Source of the DNA: a virus
Taxonomy: Duplodnaviria; Caudoviricetes
Direction: 5' to 3' (one strand)
Length of the DNA: 37,426 nt
Virus record (IMG/VR): IMGVR_UViG_3300033489_000031
Location: 1 to 37,426 of that record
Below are positions 1 to 7,513 of the stretch, piece after piece (the first letter of the stretch is position 1; each line of letters starts with the position of its first letter). Position numbers and translations under genes: made by a program. The notes beneath the pieces are model-generated. The model did not search any database, was not told where the DNA came from, and was given only the letters and a program-made list of their open reading frames with translations.

Positions 1-127
1 ATAAACGATATATACCATTTCCAGTTTCAGGCATTTTTCAGGCGTTTTTAAATTTTATGGTAGGGTAGAAACATATGTTTAGATTCGTTTTAGGCGAACG
101 GAAACGGGGCAAGGTGGGATTATTATG
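1..127. repeat. Left copy of 127-bp exact terminal inverted repeat
   Basis: Bases 1-127 are the exact reverse complement of 37300-37426; identity ends after ...GGGATTATTATG. Confidence 0.97.
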
Positions 128-238
128 CCTATAGAGGTGTTGGGAGTGCTTTTTACCTATTTGATAGTAAAAAAATGAATATAATTCTTTGATAAAATTT
201 TAATACTAACATTTAAAATAAAAAAATGGAGGTTAAAA

Positions 239-532
239 ATGAATGTAGAAAAATTTATCGTGTCGAACCAAAATTATACAATTGGTGTAAAATTTGATAA
301 AGGGAAGCAAATTTTGACAATTGGTAGTGTATTGAGCAGTAGTACATTTATCGAAAATGTGTTAAATTTATGTTTTGGTGCTGATAATGCTGAAAAAACT
401 CAAATATCGAGAAATAAAGTTCGTTATATTTCGAAAATTGATACTGAATCGTTCAGTGGAGGGATGAAGAGAATCAGCACGGAAGGTTTGACAATAACAC
501 CTGTGCATGAATTCGGGAGATTGATGCGATGA
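239..532 (+). CDS. Hypothetical protein (97 aa)
   Basis: ORF with GGAGG RBS upstream of ATG. Confidence 0.75.
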   Translation: MNVEKFIVSNQNYTIGVKFDKGKQILTIGSVLSSSTFIENVLNLCFGADNAEKTQISRNKVRYISKIDTESFSGGMKRISTEGLTITPVHEFGRLMR

Positions 533-690
533 GAGTAATTTATAAAAGAAAAGGAGAATCAAAATTTTTTAATGGTATTATAATAAAACATATTGGTCAA
601 AATGTTTTAATCAGGGATTTAATAAACAAAAAAGTGTATAACGTGCACATAAAGGATATGCGTTATGTTAATAGAATTATTACGAAATGA
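529..690 (+). CDS. Small hypothetical protein (53 aa, possibly SH3-like barrel), not in ORF track
   Basis: ATGA overlap with previous stop, GGGAG RBS; MRVIYKRKGESKFFNGIIIKHIGQNVLIRDLINKKVYNVHIKDMRYVNRIITK fills the gap. Confidence 0.65.
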   Translation: MRVIYKRKGESKFFNGIIIKHIGQNVLIRDLINKKVYNVHIKDMRYVNRIITK

Positions 691-1006
691 CGGTATATTA
701 AAATTAATAAACGAAAATGATTTTGATAGGTATATTACAGAATTTCTAGATTGTAAATTAAATTCCAGTTATTTTATAATTTGTGATTTTAATGAAAGTG
801 GCGAAAATATCATTAACACAGTACCGTGTAGTTTTATTTTTAATGCAAAAGCAAAAGCAAGTATTGTATATTTAAAAATATCATTCAACGACAATATACG
901 CACAGCATTTATTATATGGTGCAAAAAATGGAAAATGTTTGATGATTTCACTTTTTGTACTGAGTATGTAACATTAACAATAGGAGTTGGTTATGAAAAT
1001 ATCTAG
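665..1006 (+). CDS. Hypothetical protein (113 aa)
   Basis: ORF with AAGGA upstream; overlaps neighbours. Confidence 0.7.
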   Translation: MLIELLRNDGILKLINENDFDRYITEFLDCKLNSSYFIICDFNESGENIINTVPCSFIFNAKAKASIVYLKISFNDNIRTAFIIWCKKWKMFDDFTFCTEYVTLTIGVGYENI

Positions 1007-1658
1007 AAATGCGTTAAATGTTGTGGCGATTTGTAATACAACTACACCGCGAAATAATATTTTATTGATTGACGAAGAGGGAAATACTATTACCGGTAAT
1101 GGTTCTATTTTAGCTAAAATTTTTAACAAAGACAAAATTAAAATGGTAGAACAAAAATTTTTAGCTGATAGTATGGAAAAAGCTCTGAAAGCATTTGACG
1201 ATTTAGAGTTGACTGTTGCGGAAAATAACATATACGGTAATAGTGGTAAAAAAATAATTGAGGTAACTGATGGTGATTTTTACGATTATAAATCTATACT
1301 GGACGAAATACGATTTCACCCCTATGATGTTAATTTTACATTAATGGTAAAAACATTAACTGAATTATCTATTTTAATGAAAAAAATTAATGCGGAATCA
1401 TTTATGAATTTAACATTAAAAGATTCCGGAACTATTTTTATTGAAGGATTGACTAAGGATAAATGCAAATATATTATTGCAATACGGTCAAAAAAATTTC
1501 TCCATCCAGTTAAAGCAGTTAAAGAAAAAAAACTTTTTATAAAACCGAGAGTATCGTGGTTAAAGGGCGCCGAAAAATGCCCGAAATGCGCAAGTAGATT
1601 AAAAACCGACGGAAAAATTACATTTTGCAGTTACATAAAATGTTTTTATCATATATAG
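993..1658 (+). CDS. Possible divergent DNA sliding-clamp (DnaN-like) domain protein with C-terminal Zn ribbon
   Basis: AGGAG RBS before ATG 993; TGNGSILA and DGDFYDYKSIL resemble DnaN ATDGHRLA and DGRFPDYRRVL; C-terminal CPKC...C-x4-C. Confidence 0.4.
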   Translation: MKISRNALNVVAICNTTTPRNNILLIDEEGNTITGNGSILAKIFNKDKIKMVEQKFLADSMEKALKAFDDLELTVAENNIYGNSGKKIIEVTDGDFYDYKSILDEIRFHPYDVNFTLMVKTLTELSILMKKINAESFMNLTLKDSGTIFIEGLTKDKCKYIIAIRSKKFLHPVKAVKEKKLFIKPRVSWLKGAEKCPKCASRLKTDGKITFCSYIKCFYHI

Positions 1659-1672
1659 GGAAGGAAGGTATT

Positions 1673-1834
1673 ATGAATAGAGAGCGTTGTTGTAATTGTA
1701 GCTATAACACAAAGAATAAATGCCGTATGGCGCAGAAGATTTATCACGAGGAATTGGACGTTAAATATCATCTGGCATGTGACCATTTCAGAAAAAAAAT
1801 TTCGAGGTATAACTCGTTGAATTCATTGAAGTAG
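1673..1834 (+). CDS. Small Cys-rich hypothetical protein
   Basis: GGAAGG RBS; CCNC-x6-C...CDHF. Confidence 0.6.
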   Translation: MNRERCCNCSYNTKNKCRMAQKIYHEELDVKYHLACDHFRKKISRYNSLNSLK

Positions 1835-1892
1835 CGCGTGTGCTCTTGACTTTTACTATAATTGGTGGTATAATTAAAGTATAGGAAAGGAG
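1804..1892 (+). repeat. 89-bp promoter/RBS cassette, copy 1 (direct repeat with 3798-3886)
   Basis: 78/89 identical by manual alignment; contains GAGGTATAACTC near-palindrome, -35/-10 and SD. Confidence 0.93.
1846..1874 (+). promoter_or_regulatory. sigma70/sigmaA-type early promoter
   Basis: TTGACT-17bp-TATAAT with TG extended -10. Confidence 0.9.
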
Positions 1893-1898
1893 AACAGT

Positions 1899-2201
1899 AT
1901 GAAAAAGGCAAAAAAATACGAACCGAGTTTTGAGGAGAGGCGCGCTGATAATAAACTGCGAAATTCATCTAATGTTTCGATAGATGAAATCGAGGAAATT
2001 ATGCACGAAGGAGACGAAAGTAAAATTACAAAACTGTTCGAATCAGTACAAAAATACGGTTCGGAACGATGGTGGATACTGAAAAGAGGGAAATGTTATA
2101 TTCAGGACAAAAAAATGGTTATGAAAATTTATAAGAACGTAACCGGAGATAGCTGGAAGCCCTATATTGATACCGGTTATAGTGATGTTGATTTACAATA
2201 A
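1899..2201 (+). CDS. Hypothetical early protein (100 aa)
   Basis: First ORF after promoter cassette; AAGGAG RBS. Confidence 0.8.
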   Translation: MKKAKKYEPSFEERRADNKLRNSSNVSIDEIEEIMHEGDESKITKLFESVQKYGSERWWILKRGKCYIQDKKMVMKIYKNVTGDSWKPYIDTGYSDVDLQ

Positions 2202-2221
2202 TAAAAATTAGGAGGATTACT

Positions 2222-2473
2222 ATGCGATTGAAGAAAATTAATAAACTTAAAAACGGAAATTTATTATTTGCCTTTTGGGCTAATAACAGAGGTAGAGGCA
2301 ATGACAACTGTACTTTACAGGTCGTATCACCAGAGACAGAACGAAATTTTTGTTCTCGTTTAACAAAAAACGTTTTAAATCAAACGAGGACATCATCCTG
2401 GTGCGGTGATGTCAATTTGTCAAAGGCGATTTGTCACGAATTAAGTATAGAAAAATGTGATATTTTATCTTGA
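2222..2473 (+). CDS. Hypothetical early protein (83 aa)
   Basis: AGGAGG RBS. Confidence 0.8.
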   Translation: MRLKKINKLKNGNLLFAFWANNRGRGNDNCTLQVVSPETERNFCSRLTKNVLNQTRTSSWCGDVNLSKAICHELSIEKCDILS

Positions 2474-2498
2474 CATTTCTGTATTTTAGTGTTATAAT
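2470..2498 (+). promoter_or_regulatory. sigma70/sigmaA-type early promoter
   Basis: Perfect TTGACA-17bp-TATAAT with TG extended -10; same downstream TA(A/G)AGTATAG leader as other cassettes. Confidence 0.92.
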
Positions 2499-2521
2499 TA
2501 GAGTATAGAAAGGAGATTAAT

Positions 2522-2737
2522 ATGAAAATAAGAGAATTAAAACGGGTATGTCGAGAATGTTTGAAACCGGAGTATATAGTAAATAACATTGATACACACA
2601 ACGATTTTTACTATTGTGAATGTGGACGGGTGGATGTAGTAGGATATGACATTGAAATTATTACTGAGGTTGATCATCTTTTTACTCTCGATAATGAGAT
2701 GGCATTACCGAGAGAGTTATTCGGAAACAACGTTTAA
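2522..2737 (+). CDS. Small Zn-ribbon-like protein (71 aa)
   Basis: CxxC...CxC; AAGGAG RBS. Confidence 0.75.
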   Translation: MKIRELKRVCRECLKPEYIVNNIDTHNDFYYCECGRVDVVGYDIEIITEVDHLFTLDNEMALPRELFGNNV

Positions 2738-2746
2738 AATAAATCT

Positions 2747-2768
2747 GCACCCGACGGATTCGGGGAAT
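2747..2768 (+). other. Recurrent hairpin motif, copy A (CCCGA-CGGAT-TCGGG)
   Basis: 22-bp exact match to 4268-4289; intergenic, just upstream of an RBS. Confidence 0.85.
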
Positions 2769-2784
2769 TGAAACAGGAGGAAAT

Positions 2785-3228
2785 ATGAAATATGTCGTAA
2801 TGCAATACTGTTATACAATTTATGGTGTCGGCGATACTCGTGAAGAGGCAATAGCCGATGCAGCATATTGGCTAGGCCATGAGATCGACGTGGATGAAAA
2901 AATGGGAAAAGATGAAAAAATTGAATATGTAAACAAGGTAATTGAACGCGATTGTAATCAATCAGGAATACTTGGAACATATAGATTAGTGTGTTCCGAC
3001 GATGAGGTTTGGCAATATCTAGACATCGACTCAGATGATGAGAAGTATGGTATGAAAATAACGAGAGATATGATTAAAAATTGTAACGACTATCTTGATA
3101 ATTTAAATCTGACAGACAATGATCTCATTCGCGCCGGCGTCTACGCTGGTTATCCGGAGGAAATTGTAACGGCACTAGTATACTCTGATGATGTGGAGCA
3201 GGTTGTTGCGAATTTTGTCAATGATTAG
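2785..3228 (+). CDS. Acidic hypothetical early protein (147 aa)
   Basis: AGGAGG RBS; about 32 D/E vs about 13 K/R by hand count. Confidence 0.8.
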   Translation: MKYVVMQYCYTIYGVGDTREEAIADAAYWLGHEIDVDEKMGKDEKIEYVNKVIERDCNQSGILGTYRLVCSDDEVWQYLDIDSDDEKYGMKITRDMIKNCNDYLDNLNLTDNDLIRAGVYAGYPEEIVTALVYSDDVEQVVANFVND

Positions 3229-3252
3229 TCAACCGGAATCGGGAGGAATGAT

Positions 3253-3516
3253 ATGATTAAATGGAGTGAATTAACAGCAGAAGACGGTATGAAAATACAC
3301 AATATTGTTCAACGTGCTCAAAAATTAGTCAGAGGTAATTTGATGGATATTGAAATGGATGTATCTGCGTGTCATTTAATGTGTCCACTGGACCTGGGTA
3401 AACTTTTGGTCATAGATGATTTTAATTTTGTGCATGATGTATGTGGTATCAGTCAACATATCAACAGAGAGACGGGCAAATTAGAGCATTGTTTTGTACC
3501 TAGATGCTCACGCTAA
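3253..3516 (+). CDS. Conserved phage protein (DUF6874-like)
   Basis: Motifs MD.SACH..PLDL.KLL..DDFNF.HDV.GI..HINRETG.L..CF.PR recalled from this family; GGAGG RBS. Confidence 0.65.
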   Translation: MIKWSELTAEDGMKIHNIVQRAQKLVRGNLMDIEMDVSACHLMCPLDLGKLLVIDDFNFVHDVCGISQHINRETGKLEHCFVPRCSR

Positions 3517-3537
3517 TTTGGATAAAAAAGAGAAAGT

Positions 3538-3789
3538 ATGAAATACAAAAAAATTGAAAACAATGTCGCCGTTGAGTTTATTGATGGTGATGTTGTAGTC
3601 GAATTTTCTTCATCCACACGGACGGGTGTAGTTATCCGCACAAAATATGTGGGGACAAAAAAGAATAACGACGCCGTAAATAGAATTATAAACAGATGGT
3701 TATGTGGTGATCCGTCAGTGTATACAATTAGTTATGGGATTAAGTCGTGTGTCGATCTGTGTAAAGAGCGTTTGCATGTGAGACTATAA
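3538..3789 (+). CDS. Hypothetical early protein (83 aa)
   Basis: ORF in operon context. Confidence 0.7.
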   Translation: MKYKKIENNVAVEFIDGDVVVEFSSSTRTGVVIRTKYVGTKKNNDAVNRIINRWLCGDPSVYTISYGIKSCVDLCKERLHVRL

Positions 3790-3797
3790 TCATTTCA

Positions 3798-3886
3798 GAG
3801 GTATAACTCGTTGAATTTAATCGAGTAACGTATGTACTCTTGACTTTTACTAGAATTGGTGGTATAATTAAAGTATAGAAAGGGAG
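3798..3886 (+). repeat. 89-bp promoter/RBS cassette, copy 2
   Basis: Direct repeat of 1804-1892. Confidence 0.93.
3840..3868 (+). promoter_or_regulatory. sigma70/sigmaA-type early promoter
   Basis: TTGACT-17bp-TATAAT with TG extended -10. Confidence 0.9.
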
Positions 3887-3892
3887 TGCAAA

Positions 3893-4207
3893 ATGATAGT
3901 AAAAAAATTAGTAGAATTAGGTGGAAAAGAGTGGATTAAGAACACAATGCACCGTGTATACTTCAACCAAAGTGCACTCGTTAATCTATTTGGGTTGAAA
4001 TGTTCTTACTATAAAACAGGGAATATTTGTGCTGCTATGGTTAATGGCAGTTATATATCCAATAATAAAGCCAATGAAATTCTTTTTGATCTCTCCGGCA
4101 AATTTTTCTACGATGTAAACGAGAACAGGTTTTGCACACCAAATAGTAGTAGTGCATGTAATGAGTGCGTGGGTATTTTACGTAACGCATTAAATTTAAT
4201 CAAGTAG
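3893..4207 (+). CDS. Hypothetical early protein (104 aa)
   Basis: GGGAG RBS after promoter cassette. Confidence 0.8.
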   Translation: MIVKKLVELGGKEWIKNTMHRVYFNQSALVNLFGLKCSYYKTGNICAAMVNGSYISNNKANEILFDLSGKFFYDVNENRFCTPNSSSACNECVGILRNALNLIK

Positions 4208-4218
4208 CACTTGCGTTG

Positions 4219-4247
4219 TTGACATTTTTATATTTTATGGGTATAAT
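4219..4247 (+). promoter_or_regulatory. sigma70/sigmaA-type early promoter of the AcrIII-1 gene
   Basis: Perfect TTGACA-17bp-TATAAT followed by TAAAGTA. Confidence 0.92.
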
Positions 4248-4267
4248 TAAAGTAAGAAGAAATAACC

Positions 4268-4289
4268 GCACCCGACGGATTCGGGGAAT
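4268..4289 (+). other. Recurrent hairpin motif, copy B (5' UTR of acrIII-1)
   Basis: GCACCCGACGGATTCGGGGAAT identical to 2747-2768. Confidence 0.85.
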
Positions 4290-4308
4290 GAACAGAAAGA
4301 GGTGAGCC

Positions 4309-4929
4309 GTGAAATACATATCAAACTCATTCTCCCTACAAATGCAGGGGGACAATGAATGCGTCACCCGTAAATGCACTCTATTGGAAGCACAAAATAT
4401 AGCTCTTGGTTTAAAACCTGGTCCATATATAAATCGAGAGTCAGAAAAAGACGGAAGTAACGTAATTGTCACTCTCGACGCTACGTCCTGCATCGGGCAC
4501 AACGACGTTGCAAAAATCCTATCACAATTAATAGGGTTAGAGATACCTGTTAATCGGATATCTATATCCCTAGTGCCTGGTGACGTTTTGGTCGTTGGGC
4601 AATACGTTGGAGCTCGATTGCCTGAAGGAGCTACCTCTCTGCCTGAAGGAGCTCGGATCGACTGGTATATCGTGACCTGCTATAGGGCAGGATGGGGAGA
4701 CCGGCAAAAAGAATTTTGTGCCGATTTTGATAGATCAGCGTACAAACTAGCTGGTTGGGGAGATTTTTCTGAGATGGAGAAATCAGCAAAAAAAAACACT
4801 TCCCCAAATATTTTGATCCGGAAATGTTTGAGTAGTATTCTAACCGCGCCGGAGCGTATCTCCGGCAAACAGGAAAATCTCACAAATCTAGCTCAATTGT
4901 TAGTGATCACCTGCACATCGTCGTGGTAG
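4309..4929 (+). CDS. acrIII-1: AcrIII-1 family (DUF1874 / STIV B116-like) cA4 ring nuclease with C-terminal extension; true stop possibly 4835
   Basis: YISNSFSLQM, SCIGH (catalytic His motif), PVNRISISL.PGD, RLPEG motifs; GTG start with GAGGTG RBS; A9 tract at 4788-4796. Confidence 0.85.
   Translation: MKYISNSFSLQMQGDNECVTRKCTLLEAQNIALGLKPGPYINRESEKDGSNVIVTLDATSCIGHNDVAKILSQLIGLEIPVNRISISLVPGDVLVVGQYVGARLPEGATSLPEGARIDWYIVTCYRAGWGDRQKEFCADFDRSAYKLAGWGDFSEMEKSAKKNTSPNILIRKCLSSILTAPERISGKQENLTNLAQLLVITCTSSW
4841..4874 (+). other. Recurrent hairpin motif, copy C (GCCGGAG-CGTAT-CTCCGGC)
   Basis: Perfect 7-bp stem, CG(G/T)AT loop; 5' TAACCGC flank shared with copy B, 3' AAACAGGA with copy A. Confidence 0.7.
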
Positions 4930-4960
4930 GGAAACATTTTAACTGGTAGGAGGATTTATT

Positions 4961-5362
4961 ATGCAATTTGCTATCACATGTAAAGCAAAAATTGGTGTTG
5001 TATGTAGTATACCCTGTTTGGATTTTGGTTTCAATACCGTAGAACAAATTCGCAAAGATGCAGGGGTTGCGGTATCTTTGCCACATATATGCTCATTTAT
5101 CCCGTGTTTATCACTAGCACGCTTTGTTATTCCTATTGATGAAGAACACGCCAGGATTTCAGGACATTTTCAAAAAAATTGTAATATTTTAGTTGACGTG
5201 AAGACTCATGCACTAAATAGATTCGTCGAGCTAGAGTCGCAGTTTGAACGTGATGAAAATACGAATGAGGTAGTTAAAGCGTGGTGCGAATTAAAACTTA
5301 ATAAAAAGAGAACTCTTGATGCATGGGTATTATCCGGATATCCTTTAATTTGGGATATCTAA
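4961..5362 (+). CDS. Hypothetical protein (133 aa)
   Basis: AGGAGG RBS. Confidence 0.8.
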   Translation: MQFAITCKAKIGVVCSIPCLDFGFNTVEQIRKDAGVAVSLPHICSFIPCLSLARFVIPIDEEHARISGHFQKNCNILVDVKTHALNRFVELESQFERDENTNEVVKAWCELKLNKKRTLDAWVLSGYPLIWDI

Positions 5363-5492
5363 TTTTTTTCCATGTAAGAAAGAGCATGCACGTAATAATA
5401 GTTTTTGTTCGGTAAAATGTGCTAAAATGGGAAATAAAACGTATGTTACTATTATTATTAATATTGTAATATGTAAAACATATGGAGGTTAT

Positions 5493-5711
5493 ATGCAATT
5501 AATTGATCTTTTCAAGCAGGAAATACATCGTCAATTGTTTGTGTACAAGTTGCTTAAATGTGAAAAAAAACTCAAACGTCGGACAAATGTGCATGCAGCT
5601 ATTGCGCGGGAGTTTATAACATTTTACGAAAATACGTTCAAGGTTTACTATGTGGACGAGGAGATTGATATAATAAAATTTAATAACGACGTCCAGGAGG
5701 CATTTAAATGA
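5493..5711 (+). CDS. Hypothetical protein (72 aa)
   Basis: GGAGG RBS before ATG 5493. Confidence 0.75.
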   Translation: MQLIDLFKQEIHRQLFVYKLLKCEKKLKRRTNVHAAIAREFITFYENTFKVYYVDEEIDIIKFNNDVQEAFK

Positions 5712-5872
5712 AACGACATATTAACAACGGTTATGGTTTTGCTCTTTGTAACCAGAAATGTAAAATGATAAAAGAAATGAATGGAAAATCTTTATGTTTA
5801 AATTGTATCACCGCTTTAAAACATAAAGGTGTTTACAAGCCAAGAATTTTATATTACAAGAGATTTGAATGA
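5708..5872 (+). CDS. Small Cys/His-rich protein (54 aa), not in ORF track
   Basis: AGGAGG RBS, ATGA overlap; MKRHINNGYGFALCNQKC...CLNC... Confidence 0.65.
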   Translation: MKRHINNGYGFALCNQKCKMIKEMNGKSLCLNCITALKHKGVYKPRILYYKRFE

Positions 5873-5885
5873 AATAGAGGTTTTT

Positions 5886-6221
5886 ATGAAAATTGATACG
5901 GAGGAACTTTTATTCAAAATTGAATCGTATGAAAAATTGATTAGTAAAAATTTTATTTCTTGTATAGAACGAAATGCAATTGATAACGTAATTGCGATTG
6001 CCAAAAAATATGAAAAGAAGGAGATTATTGTGGATTATGAAATTTTTGTTCTGAAAACGTTCAAGAGTGCCAAACTTTCAAAAACAGAGTCAGGTTTCAA
6101 TTTTATATCATCAAAAACTGTTCCTAATCAATTTACGGAGAGAAAAATATTAGGTTATGGAAAAGAAGAAGAGAACGCTTGGAAAGACGCCGCGTTCAGA
6201 ATCAGGAAAGGAATGATATGA
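5886..6221 (+). CDS. Hypothetical protein
   Basis: GAGG RBS before ATG 5886. Confidence 0.75.
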   Translation: MKIDTEELLFKIESYEKLISKNFISCIERNAIDNVIAIAKKYEKKEIIVDYEIFVLKTFKSAKLSKTESGFNFISSKTVPNQFTERKILGYGKEEENAWKDAAFRIRKGMI

Positions 6222-6379
6222 AACGATTCACAATTTTATTTTTAAGATTATTACAAACAGTAATGATCGATGCATACTGTGTTGTAATTATTGAAGAGTG
6301 CATTGACAATCTAAAAAAATACTGGAGTTTTAGATGTCGTGTTCACAAAATTAAAAAATATGCGCGTTTTATGCCCTAA
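6218..6379 (+). CDS. Small hypothetical protein (53 aa)
   Basis: AAGGA RBS, ATGA overlap. Confidence 0.55.
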   Translation: MKRFTILFLRLLQTVMIDAYCVVIIEECIDNLKKYWSFRCRVHKIKKYARFMP

Positions 6380-6405
6380 AAATTGATTTATTACAGGAGG
6401 TTCGT

Positions 6406-6837
6406 ATGTTGAACTTTGTTGATGCTATTCATGATGTAATTAACATGAAAAATAACGGTTTTTTTGATGATGTATGTCCGGGGAATGATGCAGTGAGAAA
6501 AATGGTAGAATTGGTACGTGAATCTGAAATTCTGGACAAATTCAGTTGTATTGATGCAAATTTTCTTACGTTAATTAAAATAATACACGGAACGATCCTG
6601 TATTGTTTACAGGAAGGATTAAAACATATCAGTGAAAAAGAGGTTATTGAAATTCTTGGCACTGAGGAAATTAAATATATGGTTTTCACTACTATCGTAA
6701 ATGATCGTAGTGAAGATAAAAATATACTCGAAAAACTTTTTCTTGATTGTCTAAAAATTGATTTGTGTAGTTCATCACAAACAATAGAATTGGCACAAAC
6801 AATACGAAATTTTCTCGACAGGAGAAACGTAATATGA
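6406..6837 (+). CDS. Hypothetical protein (143 aa)
   Basis: AGGAGG RBS. Confidence 0.8.
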   Translation: MLNFVDAIHDVINMKNNGFFDDVCPGNDAVRKMVELVRESEILDKFSCIDANFLTLIKIIHGTILYCLQEGLKHISEKEVIEILGTEEIKYMVFTTIVNDRSEDKNILEKLFLDCLKIDLCSSSQTIELAQTIRNFLDRRNVI

Positions 6838-6941
6838 GATATTTTAAAATTAAAATGTTTGAAGGATAACGTTCATATTAGAAATTTAATTCTCATTTAA
6901 AATCAATTAGTTACAATATCTCATTCAAATTTTTTCTCATT
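6834..6941. promoter_or_regulatory. Putative packaging/regulatory site: TCTCAT repeats around an IHF consensus
   Basis: TCTCATT at 6891, 6919, 6935; inverted ATGAGA at 6834; AATCAATTAGTTA (6901-6913) matches WATCAANNNNTTR. Confidence 0.4.
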
Positions 6942-6969
6942 TTAAAAAAATTTGATGTATATTTAGATT

Positions 6970-7436
6970 ATGGTTAAAAAAAAACTAAAACAAAGGGCGC
7001 ACGTGAACCCATAAAAAAAGAAAAGAGAAGAATTTCGAGTATAAGCAAAAAAAGTGTACTTGTTCGCAACAGTGAAGAGGGAATTGACAATGAAGAAGAA
7101 ATTAAGGAAAAACTAGTACATGCATACGAGGAATGTTTCGGACTCGTAACACCAGCATGCAAACAAGTCGGGGTATCGCGGCACTTATTCTATAAATTTT
7201 ATGACCAGGATCCCAAATTTCAAAAAGCTCTGGAAGCTACAGAAGCGGAGGAAAAAGGACTCGATTTAGGTGAAGAACAGCTACATGAAAAGATGAAAAA
7301 AGGGCATGTAACGGCAATAATTTTTTATCTTAAATGTAAAGGGAAAAAACGTGGATACATCGAAACATATGAAGTTTTTCCAAAAGATTTTTTAAGGCAA
7401 ACTATAAAAATATGTGGACAAGAAATAATTTTTTAA
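6970..7436 (+). CDS. terS: Terminase small subunit, interrupted at an A9 tract (needs one extra A or a -1 shift)
   Basis: Open -1 frame 6978-7436 encodes HTH-like ACKQVGVSRHLFYKFY..DPKF and AIIFYLKCKGKKRGY; position upstream of terL; the ATG 6970 frame stops after 14 codons. Confidence 0.75.
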
Positions 7437-7458
7437 CGAATATCCTTCTTTTTGTCAC

Positions 7459-7497
7459 AAGCGTCTCTCCAGTTTTGGGGCGGCGCTTTTAATTTTT
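7459..7497 (+). terminator. Probable intrinsic terminator/attenuator after terS
   Basis: GC-rich imperfect stem AAGCGTCTCTCCA-GTTT-TGGGGCGGCGCTT followed by T-rich run. Confidence 0.55.
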
Positions 7498-7513
7498 AAC
7501 CGGAGGTGTACTT

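Noticed and set aside
1-127. phi29/tectivirus-like protein-primed genome ends
   Set aside because: No PolB or terminal protein candidate; packaging is TerS/TerL-portal type.
3231-3246. AACCGGAATCGGGAGG as a fourth hairpin-motif copy
   Set aside because: Only a 3-bp stem with a different loop; too weak to count.
1804-4289. CRISPR array or attachment sites
   Set aside because: Repeats are few, irregularly spaced, separated by whole genes and explained by promoter/hairpin cassettes.
4610-4660. TGCCTGAAGGAGCT tandem duplication (LPEGA x2) as a special repeat
   Set aside because: In-frame and, as I recall, a normal feature of bacterial DUF1874 proteins.
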